From assembly GCA_000708835.1 (NCBI GenBank), contig DF237592.1, positions 1 to 47,838 of the forward strand: 47,838 bases of DNA. The letters are read 5' to 3'. Below the pieces are notes generated by a model. The model saw nothing but the letters and a program-made list of their open reading frames with translations. It was not told the DNA's origin and searched no databases. This DNA is from Klebsormidium nitens. Its lineage: Eukaryota > Plantae > Klebsormidiophyceae. This document shows positions 35,003 to 47,838 of this stretch, in pieces. Position 1 is the first letter of the stretch. Each line of letters starts with the position of its first letter. The translations under genes and the position numbers were made by a program.

Positions 35003-36696
35003 AAGGAATGTTTAGATACAACAAAGACGTAGATAGGGTCAATCAACGTGGTCTGGGAGATCCCATATTCTCGCAGATATTTCAGAGACCAGTTTTGATT
35101 TGGGCGAAATGGTTCTACTCTGTTTGACTCAATCGACCCTTAGCATTCCACTCTCGCAACCGATGATCATGATTCACTGAAGCATTGAGCTCGCCGGGGC
35201 AGCAGAATTGATCTGCAGCTTTGTAAAGCAATCACGTAGGTTTCTAGGATCCTCACAAGCTACTAGAACCCAGAGATTCCGGCCAACTTGTATAGGCAGA
35301 AGCGACTTTTCTACGGAAAAGATGCCCTCGTCACGGGCTCATTAAGTAGCAGACGCGCAGAACGTGCCGGTTTCGGGTTTCTGATTGCATTGAGTCGACG
35401 TACCGCTGCAATTCATCCAGTATAGGCTTCGTAAGATCTCAGCATGTACGGCAACAGAATTCCATATGTCTTCCTGCTCGAGTGCAATGCAGCTTTGTTG
35501 TTTGAGACAGTGATTCAGTCCATAAGGTCAGCATCGTTGCAACCACTCGCGCATGTACGACTCTGAACAAGAAATGAATCATGTCACCACAGAGCGGGCA
35601 AGAGTGACCAGCATACATAAGAATGCCAGCAGGGGCAGCAAGCTCTAAGGAAAGATATTCAGAGAGCCCTCAGAGAGCCCAACGCAAAACTTAAGTTGGC
35701 GCTCCATTCTTTACGCTTTGCTCGTAAGGTGAGCCGACAAAGGCTGAGCCTGCCGTTGAAGAGCTAGCACCCATTGGGGGGAACTCGAAATAGGTGACGT
35801 ATAGTATGGCTATGCACTGCGAGCTGCTTAGTGCGATTGCGTGCTAGCTAGAAGTGCATGATGGCCCGCGGTCGGCCGGATCGATCCGACCAAGCCTGAC
35901 GCTTTACGTACTACTAGTCAGGTTCCGGCTGCGGCCGACTATCGTAGTGACCATCACGCACTGGCGCCAGATATCCTTGACGGCCGGGCTGCCAGGCATG
36001 GCACTAGATTGCCTATTCGAAAGTCATTGAAGGGCTCTATTCTTCAACGACCTGGACGTATACGCTTTTAAGAATGCAACGCGCAAATTGGAATGCAATG
36101 CATGCATTCGATCAGATGAAAGGTAATTTCACTAGAAAGGATCCAGCTATACTCTAGCATAATTGAAGAAGAGTCCTGTCGCATCGAGCCATGATGTCGG
36201 AACCCTGGGCCGGCGCACCAATTATTCTACTGCAATTGACTCTTCCTGACATGCTGTGATGCAATGATCCAATCAATCCAACCTGGCACGCCGCAATGAC
36301 ACGTACTATAAGAAGTGGATGGTGCCGTACTAAGTTCTGCGGCCGGTTGTGATGCTCATGCACGCACATTCATATTTGTCTATTACTAGAGTCTTTGAGC
36401 ACAGTATATCAAAGCTGTAGTTCAATACTTCAAAGACACTCGCGTCACAACGAGCAGATAAGCTAGGAACTACCAAGAACGAGCAATTGTTACAGAGCGC
36501 GCCTTTTGCGCAATATGTCAAGGCGATTGACACATCATGAGCAGAGCCCTACCGTCCATTCTGTAATATCCGTCAGTTCGATCGCGTCATGAAAGCTTCG
36601 CTTATGAAGAAGTCCAGCCACAGGTGTCTGCTACATCCCTCCGGTTGTGCCCGCTTGCACGACTAATAATCCTAGGGCAGTCAACACAGTCTGCGT

Positions 36697-39600
36697 TTAC
36701 CTCGGCTGAGCTGAGCTCTCGACATTTGTGTAAAGGACGTCCTCCCAAGGATGCCGGTACAGAGGTTGCTTCAAACGCTTCTGATCGAATGTGTGCCTGT
36801 ATGAACGAATGCTTTGGTTGGAAGGAAGTTGAGGAGAACCCTTTGGGCTTGATGCATCTAGGCCGTCGAGGCGACGAGCATCGTATCGTTATTGCACAGG
36901 GCCGAAACGATTGCCGTAAGCTTTTGTCCGAGTTGATTGCGCAAAGCAAGCCGCCAACCTCAGAGACAGATAGAGGAAGGGAGAGATTCTCGAATTGGAA
37001 GAAGAAAGCGATTCATCAGCTGTGAAACCGGAACCCGCTCATAACAGGAAATTGCAAAGAGAATGAAACGGTGAGAAAAAGGAATTACAAGTCTCGTAAA
37101 GTCGGGCTCTTATGTGAAGCGCCATCCTTGGAATCAAAGACGAGATTGAAGATGACATGAGCGCCACCCCTTAAAGTAAGAAATCGAGGATGAAAGCTGG
37201 AATGAAAGACAGTAACAGATGCAGATGTACAACAGTCTTGCCGAGCAGGCTTCGCAAAACAATGGCCTCAACGGCGGTGGAAGCCAATGAACAGTCTGCA
37301 TGCCATCGGCTCACCCAATGAAGCCGATGCTTCTGGCGAGCACAAAGAGGCCGTTCAGGTACCCGATGTCCACAATCTCGTCAATCTCGTGCTGCGTGAA
37401 CATGGCGCAGCTGACCAGCAGGTCCAGGAACAGCGACCCGATGCAGCCGTCCACGTTCAAAACCTGCGCGGGGAGATGCGATCAACGGCGGTGGACCATC
37501 CGGATCGGAACAAAAACAGCACTGGGGTCGATGCGGTCGCGGGTTTTAATGCGCCGCCATCAAGTGTACCGAGGAGAAGCGGGTGGCAAACATTTTGGAT
37601 AAGCCCAGTGCAACTAGGTGTTGAAGCGATTGCTCGCTCAAACTTGGAAGAAAACGGCAGGAAGGCCGAAAAACATTGGAGATGTTTGCGACCCTTTCGA
37701 GAGCACCTAGCATGAGCCTTTCTGGGTTACGTGAATGTTCCTGCGGGTTCACCGCAAACGGCTCCAGTCAACCTGAATGAAAAGCACTATTGCGAGTAAC
37801 TCCGAAGGTGCCGGTCTCTGTTTATGCAATCGTTCTCGAAACACTGATTCGATTCCAACAGAAGATGTCAGTAAGTCGAGGTGGTCGAGGTGAGCTGTAC
37901 CAGGTTGGCGGCCTTGGTGAGCGTGTACGTCTCCACCGTCACGGCGTAGTCCATGTAGCGCGTGGACGGGAAGTTGGCGCGCGCGTACTGCTGTAGCAGC
38001 TCCACGCGCTTGTCCCGGTTGTCGCGGCTCTTGATCCTGGAACAAAAAGGATAAAATGTGTACAAAGCGGCGAATTCAGCAGAACTTCTTATAACATGGA
38101 AATCACGGGGCTGAGCACCAGCAATTTCTCACTCCGCCGGAGGATGCATAAGATCCCTGATTGTTCAACCGACAGAGGCGAACGGCAGGCTGCCTGTTCC
38201 TGGAACAATTGCTGGTAGGTTGTCGAGAGATACTGTATACGCACGCACGGTGTCTTGAAAGAAGAGCCGAGATTGTGGAGCTTTGCGTTCGAGTCACCGT
38301 AGGTTTTCAGGCCCCTATTAGAGTCCTGACAATCGAGCATGCACGATCGTTTTGCATTCAGCCTGCCAGGTCCCCTTGGTGCTTCTCACCTGTGCCCGAT
38401 TCCCGGCACCCGGATGCCCTTCTTCTTCATCCCCTCCACGAACTCGAACGGCTTCAGCCCCTTGTCCGCGGCGTCTTTGAAGTACCGGGCAGCATCGTCG
38501 ATGGCGCCGCCAAACCGGGGGCCGATTGTCAGCAGCCCTGCACGGGTGACGTCAGAAGGCGTCAAATGAATGGGTCTGTAAGGCGAAGGTCATGACTAGC
38601 CGACGAGATACTGGTTGCTTGCTTTCAAGTGGACCCTGGTCACAAAGACAGCATCAGTCCGCCAGATTTACCGCTCGGGACACACGAGTCCTCCGTCTTC
38701 CTTTGGCGGTTGCCCTCAAATTATTGTCGAAGGGGCAGATGACTCCAGGAGATGTCCACTACTGACCCCTGGATACCAAATTTCAAAATTTGCCCCGTCC
38801 GCCTGGCAGTAAAGCTCTCAATCTGGGACAAGGAACGAGTCTTGCTCCGCCGACCGGAAGGCAGAGCCACTCTCGACACCGATCAGTTTCAACAGCGGCC
38901 CTAGGTCAGTGACTGTTCAACTCTCCCGATTCCTGCACGTCTCAGCAGCGTCGGTCGGCTCACCCGCTACGAGGCAGGAGACGAGGTCCTTGCCCGCGCG
39001 CGCGGTGACGATGGTGTTGTGCGCGCCCGACACGCAGGGCCCGTGGTCGGCGCAGAGCATGATGCACATCTCGATGAAGCGCGTGCAGTACTTGGGCAGC
39101 GACCGTTTGAACCACAGCAGGCTCAGCACGTCGCCCATGGAGAAGCCCTCCTCGATGATGGTGCTCATCGGCACGCCCGCGTACGTCGGCTCCTCGCCTG
39201 TGGACGGAGAAGCGGTCAGATCCAACTCAGAAATAGCAAGCTCGCCAACAAAGATGGCATTACGTTGGGGGTTCAGGGTGGGTAAGGGTGTGGAGTATGT
39301 GGTGTCAATGCTTGGGTCATTAACATTGGCTGAGAAGCTTTCTTATGCCTAATGCTTGACGTTCATGCCAGAGAAGCGCGTAGGTACGTTGAAGCGTGAC
39401 TGAGGCAAGATTCAAGAACGTCGTCCATTGTAATCTGGGAAGGACTCTGGAACGGAGCGGCGGAGGTCTTGGCAAGAGAGCTGGCTCTTCAGATGCCAAG
39501 AGAAAGAAAAACCTCGTCAGCGGGTTTGTACCCATCTTAGAAATCCGCGTCTTCAGAAGAACTTGAGAACGGAGCTGCGAAGGCCCTGGCGAGGGGCGCT

Positions 39601-42600
39601 GGCGCTCTAGAGGCTTGCACCAAGCTGAATACTTAACGAGGGCCCCTCTGTTCGTTTCAAGGTGTCCTTTAAAAGCGTTCAAACTAAAACGGGCGCGCTT
39701 GATCAATCTCCGGCCTGATCTTACTGCCCAGCTGCTCCAAACATGGTTTTTAGCAGAGCCGGTCAGATCGTTGAGTAGAAACAGAAGTCACCCCTCAATG
39801 TGAGCAGAACCAACTTTTATTCGTTTCGAAGCGTCTCGGAGCAGGAATCCAAGCACGAATGAGACCACGTTCTGACAGCCCACCTCTGTCATCGCAGATG
39901 GTCGACACGATGTGTGTTGGCGCGCGCACTTTCCCTGCCTTGATTGCGTTCTTCAGATCCTCCGGTACGATCGGCGGCTCCACCTCCTGCGCGGGTGTCA
40001 CGGTCCCCTCCTCCACGAGTGCTTGATACGCTGTCCGGACCGCGTCCTCCAGGCCCTCGAAACTGGTCGGGACAATGGCGCCGGCCGCTTTCAGTGCGGC
40101 GTTCTTTGCCTGCGCGGACTCTTCCTCCCCGCCGCTCTTGGCTCCCTGCAGAGGGATCCCTCTCAAGTTCTTAGACAAGTTGGAGATTTTGGCGGCGGTC
40201 AGCACAGGGCCAAAATCTGGACAAGTCAATCCAGCCCGTAGATTGCCCAAGTTCAGAAGCCTAGGTCACATTCCGGCCTTACTGAGCAGTCGAAGCGCCC
40301 AGATCAGTCTTCTCTATGTCCTCGTAGGAGCATGGATTGAACCCGGCTGAAAATGTACGAGATATAGACCACAAGCAGCTTATGAGCTGGTCTGAAGCGT
40401 GGGTTACCAGAGCGTTCTACCTCTTCAAAAAGTTAGCAACTCGCACAAGGTTGGAACTACATCCGGGAAACTAAGTATAGCCGATGTTCTGACCACAACA
40501 CCGGCAAATCTGATGATCATGTTTGACTATTCCAATAGCAACTAAGAACCTGCGCAAGAGAGCAGGATGAGTGAAGGAAGGAATTACTCACAGCGTGGCC
40601 AAACTGCACTTCCGACTTGAACAGCGTTGCGCACGTCCCGCTGACCCAGGCAACCACCGGCTTCTGAATCTTGCCAGCTTTCAATGCTTCCACCAGGCTG
40701 TACTCGTCTTGCCCTCCGATTTCACCCAAGACAACAATGAGCTTGACCTGCAGTAAGGACCAATGCACACATTCAATTGTGTCAGTTGTGCAAGTTGGCT
40801 TCAACTTTTGAAGGCACCGCACCATCCCCAAGAAATGGTGAAAGATGTTACAGTATCGTCTGTGTAACTTCGAATTCCAGCCTGGAACATCAATGGAGGA
40901 GTTGTGAAGCTGTGGCGAAAAGCTACTGGTTTCAACACTTGCAGCGAATTGGGTGCATACAACCAAAGCCACCTCATTGGATAAATTTGTCGCTTCAATT
41001 CAGAGAAGGGGCTCACCGCAGGTATACTGTTGTATCGTAAGCAGTGGTCAGAAAGTGTTGAGCCTGGGAATGCATCCCCCCCAATCGCGATCCCCTCAAA
41101 GATCCCGTCAGTCACACGCGCACAGACGTTGAACATCTCGTTGGACATGCCCCCGGACTTGGACACAAAGCCGACAGAGCCTGGCCGGTACAGCTTGCAC
41201 GCAATAATATTCTCAAGCGTGCCGGCTGTGTCTCCAATCTTGAAGGCCCCCGCCTGGACACCCCCCACAGTTGCTGGCCCCAGGATGACCTGGATTTGAG
41301 AAGCCACAAATGCGGTCTTCAAAATAGGTGGTGTTGACCGAAAGCAAGAATATAACCATCCCTGCTTCAATACAGGGACGCATGACTGCTTTGAGCCCAT
41401 CTTTAGCCCGGAAATCTCTTACGACCTCTACCCTTGGACTCAATCGATCATATGGAGCTAAAATACAAGCTCAAGGCACGGGACTGCCTGTCACATCACC
41501 TGAGCTAAGGAGTTTCAAAGATTTACTTGGATCTAAGCTTGACTAGCCAGGTGCTTCAATCCCATCTATGACCTGGAGGTCTTTCTATGAGACCTCACCT
41601 TGTTATTGGCCCTGGCATATGCAATGAGTTTCTTCGTGTCCTGCTCAGGCACGCCTTCTGCGATGATTGCTACAACGCGGATGGTTGGCTGCTTCAGGGC
41701 ATCCATTGAAGACGCGAAAGCACTGCATAGAGAGGCAGTGATGTATGTGATGAAAGCTTTGGTGATGTGACCAAGTGTAAAATCTTATCTACTTATCGCA
41801 AGCTACGTCTTCACATGCCTGGGGGGAAAACAGATCATCTCAAATTGCAAGTCGTCCGCATTTCAATGGCTGTTAGAAGCACAGCAAGTTGCGCACTTTC
41901 CTAACTTGCTTGTGCAGTGATACAGAGGCTGGCTGACCTTCTGAAGGATGCAAAGTTGATCAAGACATCCGCCTTTGGGTGTGCTTTGCAGGCACTTGGG
42001 ATACTGCAAGAAAGTAGAATAATGCACTTGGTGACCAGAGCCCCTGAGATACATAACTCTCCAATGGATTCTAGAGTGTCTTGATAAGCCGCTTTTAGAA
42101 TGGGTGACAGTGCAAGCAGCTGGCAGACAGAGCAAAGCACATTGCAGATAGCACATAAGGATTAATAGCTACAATGCAATTGTCCACAGTGCCTGATTGA
42201 TCTTCTATCGCAGCTTTCTCATGACCATGGTAGTCCACGGACCTTCCGTGCACCGGAATGGCGATCTCCTCTTGACCAAAGAAGAGCTTTTGAAAGCCGT
42301 CGGAGCCAGGATTGATGACGCCAGCCACGGATGGAGTGATACGCCCTGTTGAGAAAGAGATCCGTTTCATCTTAACAGCTACATAATGCACAACACTGAC
42401 CCATGGATCTTCACTGCAATCACAGGCGCTGGGGAAGATCAAGTCCAATGTGCAGGAAGAAGCTGCTTTTGAGGAGCTTTCTATCAGGAAGGGTTGGTTC
42501 TCAAGAAGCACACAATGCACGGGCCTCACCGCATAGAAAGTCAAAATCCAGCATCCGTTGCACCGGCAAGGGCTTGTAGTTGTAGAACAGCGCCTGCGTC

Positions 42601-42644
42601 TGCTTGGAAAAGAGCTGTCCTGCAACTATTGGACTGGGCGCCAT
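36697..42644 (-). CDS. ACLB: ATP-citrate lyase subunit B (plant-type beta chain), 12 exons, 621 aa
   Basis: Exons 42644-42530, 42345-42243, 42003-41938, 41722-41599, 41289-41017, 40747-40592, 40145-39884, 39197-38964, 38537-38390, 38036-37901, 37463-37315, 36796-36697. Recognisable sequence from [16 protein letters not shown] through [11 protein letters not shown] and [11 protein letters not shown] to [14 protein letters not shown]. Confidence 0.97.
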
Positions 42645-42907
42645 CTTGGATTTAATTCAGAGATCTCAAGGGAGAAGATCCAGCTGCAAGGCACGTATGC
42701 GCCTGGTTCTGCTGAGGTTGCGGCAATTGCAGATTGATCAGAGCACACTTCGCCTCAGCTCCCTCCTGTGTTTTTGAAGACTTACAGTGTAGCTGCTGAA
42801 ACTCGAAAGCTGGTTGAGCGCCTGCGCTCAAGCATTCAAGCGAGTCAACCAAGTTTAGCTCAATTCTAATGATTATCCTTGCAAGGTGACGACCTCAGGC
42901 TCAGATT

Positions 42908-42926
42908 TAGGGTTTGCTCAGGCCCA
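42908..42926. promoter_or_regulatory. Telo-box (TAGGGTTT) next to a site II motif (GGCCCA) in the ACLB/EamA divergent promoter
   Basis: tagggttt at 42908-42915 and ggccca at 42921-42926, between two start codons 773 bp apart. This motif pair is known from land-plant promoters. Confidence 0.35.
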
Positions 42927-43417
42927 GCCATCTTGGCTGCAAGACCACCACGAAGCCATCCGCTTATTGGTTTTTGCAAATTTGACAATTTACCTGAGGG
43001 TACCTCGCCTCCAGAGTTCTTTTCTTTCTACTAGGTACTAGGCTCTGACTACAGAATCAAGTCGGTTTCTGAGCTAGCATATACCTATATCCTGGCATAT
43101 CCCGGCATATCTACAGCAGTAGATGTCTCGTTATGAAGCTAGCAAACTTCTGGAATTAAGCTGAGCAGATCATCAGGTTCTACTCGAAATGTAAGGGTTG
43201 GAACTTCATGATGAAGGGCAAAACGGTGCTAAGCCTATTGTCATATTCTGTCCTAGGGCGTCTGAAGGCTGAAGGTGGCAGCGCCAGTACCGAGGCACAT
43301 TGCACAGCCAATTGTTTGCAAGATCCGGATTCCAAGCGGAGACATAGCTGATCTCGGCATGGAAAGCGCCAATGCGAGGCGCTGATCGGAGAATTCGGCG
43401 GAGAAACCAAAGCTATC

Positions 43418-46400
43418 ATGTCGTCTATTTGGGAAACTTGCAGACAGGCTTCTGGGCCGGCTCAGGGGCTGCATGTTGACAGGAAGCCATCTCCACATTT
43501 GAACGTCGCATGGTCACCGGAAGCTTTGCACTCATGTCAGATCTATAATACAAGCAGGAGGTTGCAGAAAAGCTGGTCGCTGGTAGAAAGGAGGGCCCGA
43601 TGCAGGACTCTTGAGAAGGGCCTGCATTCAGGTATAGGAAAAAGATCAGGGCATGGAGGTGTGTGCTGTTCAAGCAGAAAGTCCTCTGATCAAGTGGTGG
43701 AGGCGCCGGAAAAAGATCTTACAGGGGGCAACCCAATAAAAGAGGTTGACGAAAAAGCAGGTCAGGTACTTGCTGTCAACCAGAGTGATAGAATCGATGA
43801 AACTGATCAGCGCAGCCTGGGGACATCTGGTGGCCGCGTTAGTGGTACAGACAATGAAAGCGCTCTGTCACCAGCCTCCACTTCAGGGTCAAATGGCTGG
43901 CGGGAAGCTTCAAGCGAAACCGCTCTTTTCTCTAGCCTTCGGGAGATAGGGGAAACCTTGCTGCTCATCTCACCTTTCTTTTTCTGGGGCACGGCGATGG
44001 TCGCTATGAAAGAGGTGCTGCCGAAAGCAGGCCCCCTGTTCGTAGCGGCCACAAGGTTGCTGCCGGCAGGGGGGATGCTGATCGGGTTTACGATGTTGAA
44101 AGGAAAGTCTAATCCGAGCACAGCCATGGCCTGGCTAGCGGTGGCGCTGTTTGCTCTTGTAGACGGTACCATGTTCCAGGTGAGCGGAGTGTGCTGAGCT
44201 GGATTCTGTGTTGAAGCGAGGCCCCAAAATCTGTCGCTGCGAGTATTTCTTGTTCTACGGGGAATCACCCAACACCTTGTCTCACTTATTGGGGGAGATG
44301 AGACAGTCTGCGTTGTGATGGAGGCTGATAAGATAGTACAAACGACGGAGGATCGATCAGCCTTTGTTGGCAACTTCCCCTGGATGAATCATGACATGTC
44401 AGATCGCATGAGGAGCTTCAACTCTTTGCCTGCTTCAGACCCCCAACGTATGCAAGACTTGGACAGTGTTGGGCTGAAGCAATTCACAAATGGTTCAAAA
44501 AAGTAATCTCCCGAGTCATTTCAGCGAGGACGTTGAAAAGCGGGCGCTGCCTCTGTTACTGATCACTGACCACAGTTCGACCCGCAAACAATGCTTTTCA
44601 TTGCAGGGATTCTTGGCACAAGGCCTGAGTCGAACATCCGCTGGTCTTGGCAGTGTCATCATCGATTCCCAGCCCCTTACGGTGGCCCTGCTAGCCGCTC
44701 TTTTGTTTGGGGAGACGATTGGCCCGCTTGGAGCGCTGGGCTTGGCGACCGGGGTTTTGGGGCTCTGCCTTTTAGAGGTGAGTGCAGATGTGGTTGAGTT
44801 CTGTCAGCAGAATGCATTTCGTTGAGGGTCTTACTATTTTACCTGAATTTGTCACATTGCGCTTCTCGGAAAACTCCCTGGGTTTGAAGCTGTCAAGTTT
44901 TTGGAAAATCAGCCGGGAACAGAACATTCCTTGGTTTTATTTGGCCCAAGCCTCTCGAATCCGGTGTTCCCAATTGTCTGGCCTGATTGTCGAAATTTGA
45001 AGTGCTTTTGCACGAGATTCAGGAAACAAGCAGCACAGCACATCGGATGGAGTTTTCTTGTTCCATTTAGTCTTCATAAAACATTCTCACGAAACTCAGG
45101 ACGGCCTCTCACCAGCCTCTTGTCCTTTGCCGCAGGTACCCGAGGACACCCTCTTCTCGTTGCTCCGCTTCGAGTGGCTGTCCGCGCCCTCGGAGGTATC
45201 TCAAAGCCTTTCTTCGTTAAACCCCGGGGGTTTGTGGGAGAGCGGGGAGTGGTGGATGCTCCTGGCCGCGCAGAGCATGGCCGTTGGGACGGTCATGGTG
45301 CGATGGGTCTCTAAGTACGTGGACCCAGTAGTCGCCACAGGCTGGGTGAGTAGTGAAACGAACCCGTTTTGTGTGGCGGATTAGAAGCCCTTCTTGCACG
45401 AGGCTAGGTTGTGCCGTTTGGGGCACTGTGTGAGAGGTGTAAAGTTTCCGATGCCTGAAGCATGTCGGGATACTTTTCTGACTGCCTTGTTCCCCGCTGG
45501 AGTACTTCTACTTTGAGATTAGTCACCTGATCTATGGTACGAAGTTACGAAGTCGTGATCCGAGATGGCCATCTTGTACGCCTCCATGTTTTGTTTGTCT
45601 CCCTTTTTCGTTCACAATCGCTTCGAAACGCCTGAGCCGAGGCGACTTCTTCGCAAGTCGAACCTTGCGTAACTCAGTCACTTCTTCATCCTTCGATTTT
45701 CTCGGTTATGTGTCTTCCTATACGCTTTGAATCAAGCCCAACATTGAAACAGACCTGCCATTTGTCTCTTGTCTTCAGCACATGCTCCTCGGAGGCATCC
45801 CGTTGCTGCTGCTGTCAGTTTCCGCACACGAGCCTGCGGTGTCGGGCCACTTTTCGGATCTGGACTCGCATGACTTCCTCGCGCTGCTGTACACGTCGGT
45901 CTTCGGCTGCGCTGTCAGCTACGGGGTCTTCTTCTACAACGCAAGCAGAGGTACGCTTAAGTTGAGCGGTTTTGGAGAGCCCGGAGCTTGTGTCGAAGAA
46001 GCCCAGCTGGGGTGTCCATGTACGTTTGGTGGTGGGGTTGCCTCGAGTCTGGCAGCTGACCTTCAGGCGGTCTAAAACGTTTGTCAAGGTAGTGGAGGAA
46101 CTCAGACCTTTGAAGCATGCAACATTTGAAGTAGTAGGTTTGCAGCGACGAAGTCGGAGACCTGCTGCAGCTGGCAAAGCTTCGACTCAAGGCTTCGTGA
46201 GAGATCTTTGGGAACCTCTCCGCGGTGTTACGGAGTGTTCCACAGCCTTGGTCTAAAGATATGAGACTCTGTTGTTCCAAAGGGCTCCCCTCTCAGTCCT
46301 CATTCCATGCATCGTGACTCCGGGCTGCTCACGGTTGGGGATATCTGGCGTTTTGCAGGCAATCTGACGAAGCTCAGCTCCTTAACCTTCCTGACGCCGA

Positions 46401-46784
46401 TGTTTGCTGCATTCTTCGGGTGAGCCACCGAATCCTGCCCTGCTTGACTCCTCAACATACGCAATCCTCCATATGCACGGAGATTGAAAGTCCTTGCAAG
46501 TGTCCCGGAAGCTCCATGCCTAGTTTTCTGCATACTTGCAGCAGATGTCAGCTTGTTATGGTAACGTCGCCTGTTGGAAATTCCAGTCAATCCATAGGCT
46601 AGGGCGATGGAATGCGATGGACATGTCCCTAACTCCTACGAACGGTTTGTGCAGGTACCTATATTTGGACGAGACACTTACGCAAATTCAGCTGGGGGGG
46701 GCTGCGGTAACCCTGGTTGGTATATACTTGGTGAACTTCAGAAGCTTAGCAGACTCGTTAGCGTCCACAAAGGACGAACTTTGA
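43418..46784 (+). CDS. EamA/DMT transporter, WAT1-related chloroplast type (At3g02690-like), 6 exons, 501 aa
   Basis: Exons 43418-44179, 44607-44777, 45136-45345, 45779-45950, 46359-46419, 46655-46784. Motifs LLISPFFFWGTAMVAMKEVLPKAGPLFVAATRLLPAG, GLGSVIIDSQPL and LTKLSSLTFLTPMFA; long S-rich transit-peptide-like N-terminus. Confidence 0.93.
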
Positions 46785-47838
46785 TAGATTGATAACCAAC
46801 ACATTGCTGGACGATGCGCTTGCTCAGCTATCTATAGCAGCCTTTTGACACTTGACGGATCCGAGATATTCATTCCAGCCGGCCCCTCCTACATGATTGT
46901 TACCCAACCCTGTCAAGCGCCTGCAGCACGCAGCTTGCTGTAGCGTGCATATGCTCATTTTAGACAGACCGTGGCCGTCGACTTTGGCCGTTCACATGGA
47001 AGATAATATTGCTGAAGACAAGTATGTAAAAGACGAGTTCGCGATTAGCCTAAGCAACCTAAGTACGTGTTGGTCACGTTAGGACGCATCCTCACATGAG
47101 GTAAGCATCCGGCACGATTATGATGTTTCTAAGTTCCGCTGCCCAAACGTGGAGGCCCGCGCAGGCCGCTTCAGCTATCAAATTTGGCCCCCGGCCACAT
47201 CAATGGATCGGAGATTGTGGATATTAAGCATGGCCGTGTGGGCGGCGGCGCCTGAATGTTGAGCGGCCGGGCCCTGATGTTGAGCGGCCGGGCCCTGATT
47301 GCTCCTGCATGAGCGCTGAGTCCTTGGTACATTTGCGGTCATATACATAGACTCAATTAAGCGCAACCGCGCAGCCATGCGCGGCTGGTACGTCGGGCTA
47401 GCTATATAGGGCGCTTTTGATTGCAAACTGCTAGCATATGTGTGTGCACGCCATGTTATACTCGGCTATAAACTTTATAATGCTTGCGGGCAGCTCCATG
47501 ACATGGCATGTGCCGCACGCAATGGCCGGACGGTATACGCGCGATATCTGTATAACATGGTCTCGTCTAGAAAGCCAGGGATGCATGCATCTATAACGAA
47601 TGCGGGCCATGATGGCATGTACGTCATGTTAGTCATGTTGCTTTGTTGTTAGTAACTCCTTGGTAACTAGCTGTAGAAACATTTTTTGATGAAGCCCGAA
47701 CTCCGAAATTGCTTGTTTCTGCGCCATGGGCCCAGGTGCCTTAGCGTGTATAAAAAGAAGTGACCATGGCACCCGGCCGGGCCCGTACCGACGTTGTTAT
47801 AAGAATGTCATGCGGTCTTATGTCGGCGCGATATCATG

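Noticed and set aside
36624-37025. 133-aa plus-strand ORF
   Set aside because: Overlaps the antisense of the ACLB last exon and intron; no recognisable features.
37287-40350. Plus-strand ORFs opposite ACLB
   Set aside because: Antisense shadows of GC3-rich ACLB exons.

Overview
Eukaryotic, intron-rich genomic DNA with GT-AG introns. The streptophyte-type ACLB, mTERF and chloroplast EamA genes suggest a streptophyte green alga such as Klebsormidium (inference). The right half holds ordinary genes: mTERF, a prokaryote-type HhH-GPD glycosylase-like gene, a MYND-finger protein, ATP-citrate lyase B, and a WAT1/EamA transporter. The left ~20 kb is accessory and unusual. It contains a 19-exon minus-strand gene (12098-19813, 615 aa) that no single ORF in the track reveals. 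It encodes a secreted Q/N/G/A-rich protein with 16 repeats, each on its own exon, an alternating Q/N-ladder pattern resembling functional amyloids/beta-solenoids, and a C-terminal peptide bracketed by RRLQ and RKLL motifs. A decaying, 5'-truncated paralog (3210-6377) is still undergoing tandem amplification. Between the two copies lie two PIN-like nuclease genes and another secreted GRRL-containing protein. Two MITEs were also found. All gene models were built by hand from splice signals and frame arithmetic; no database searches were run.
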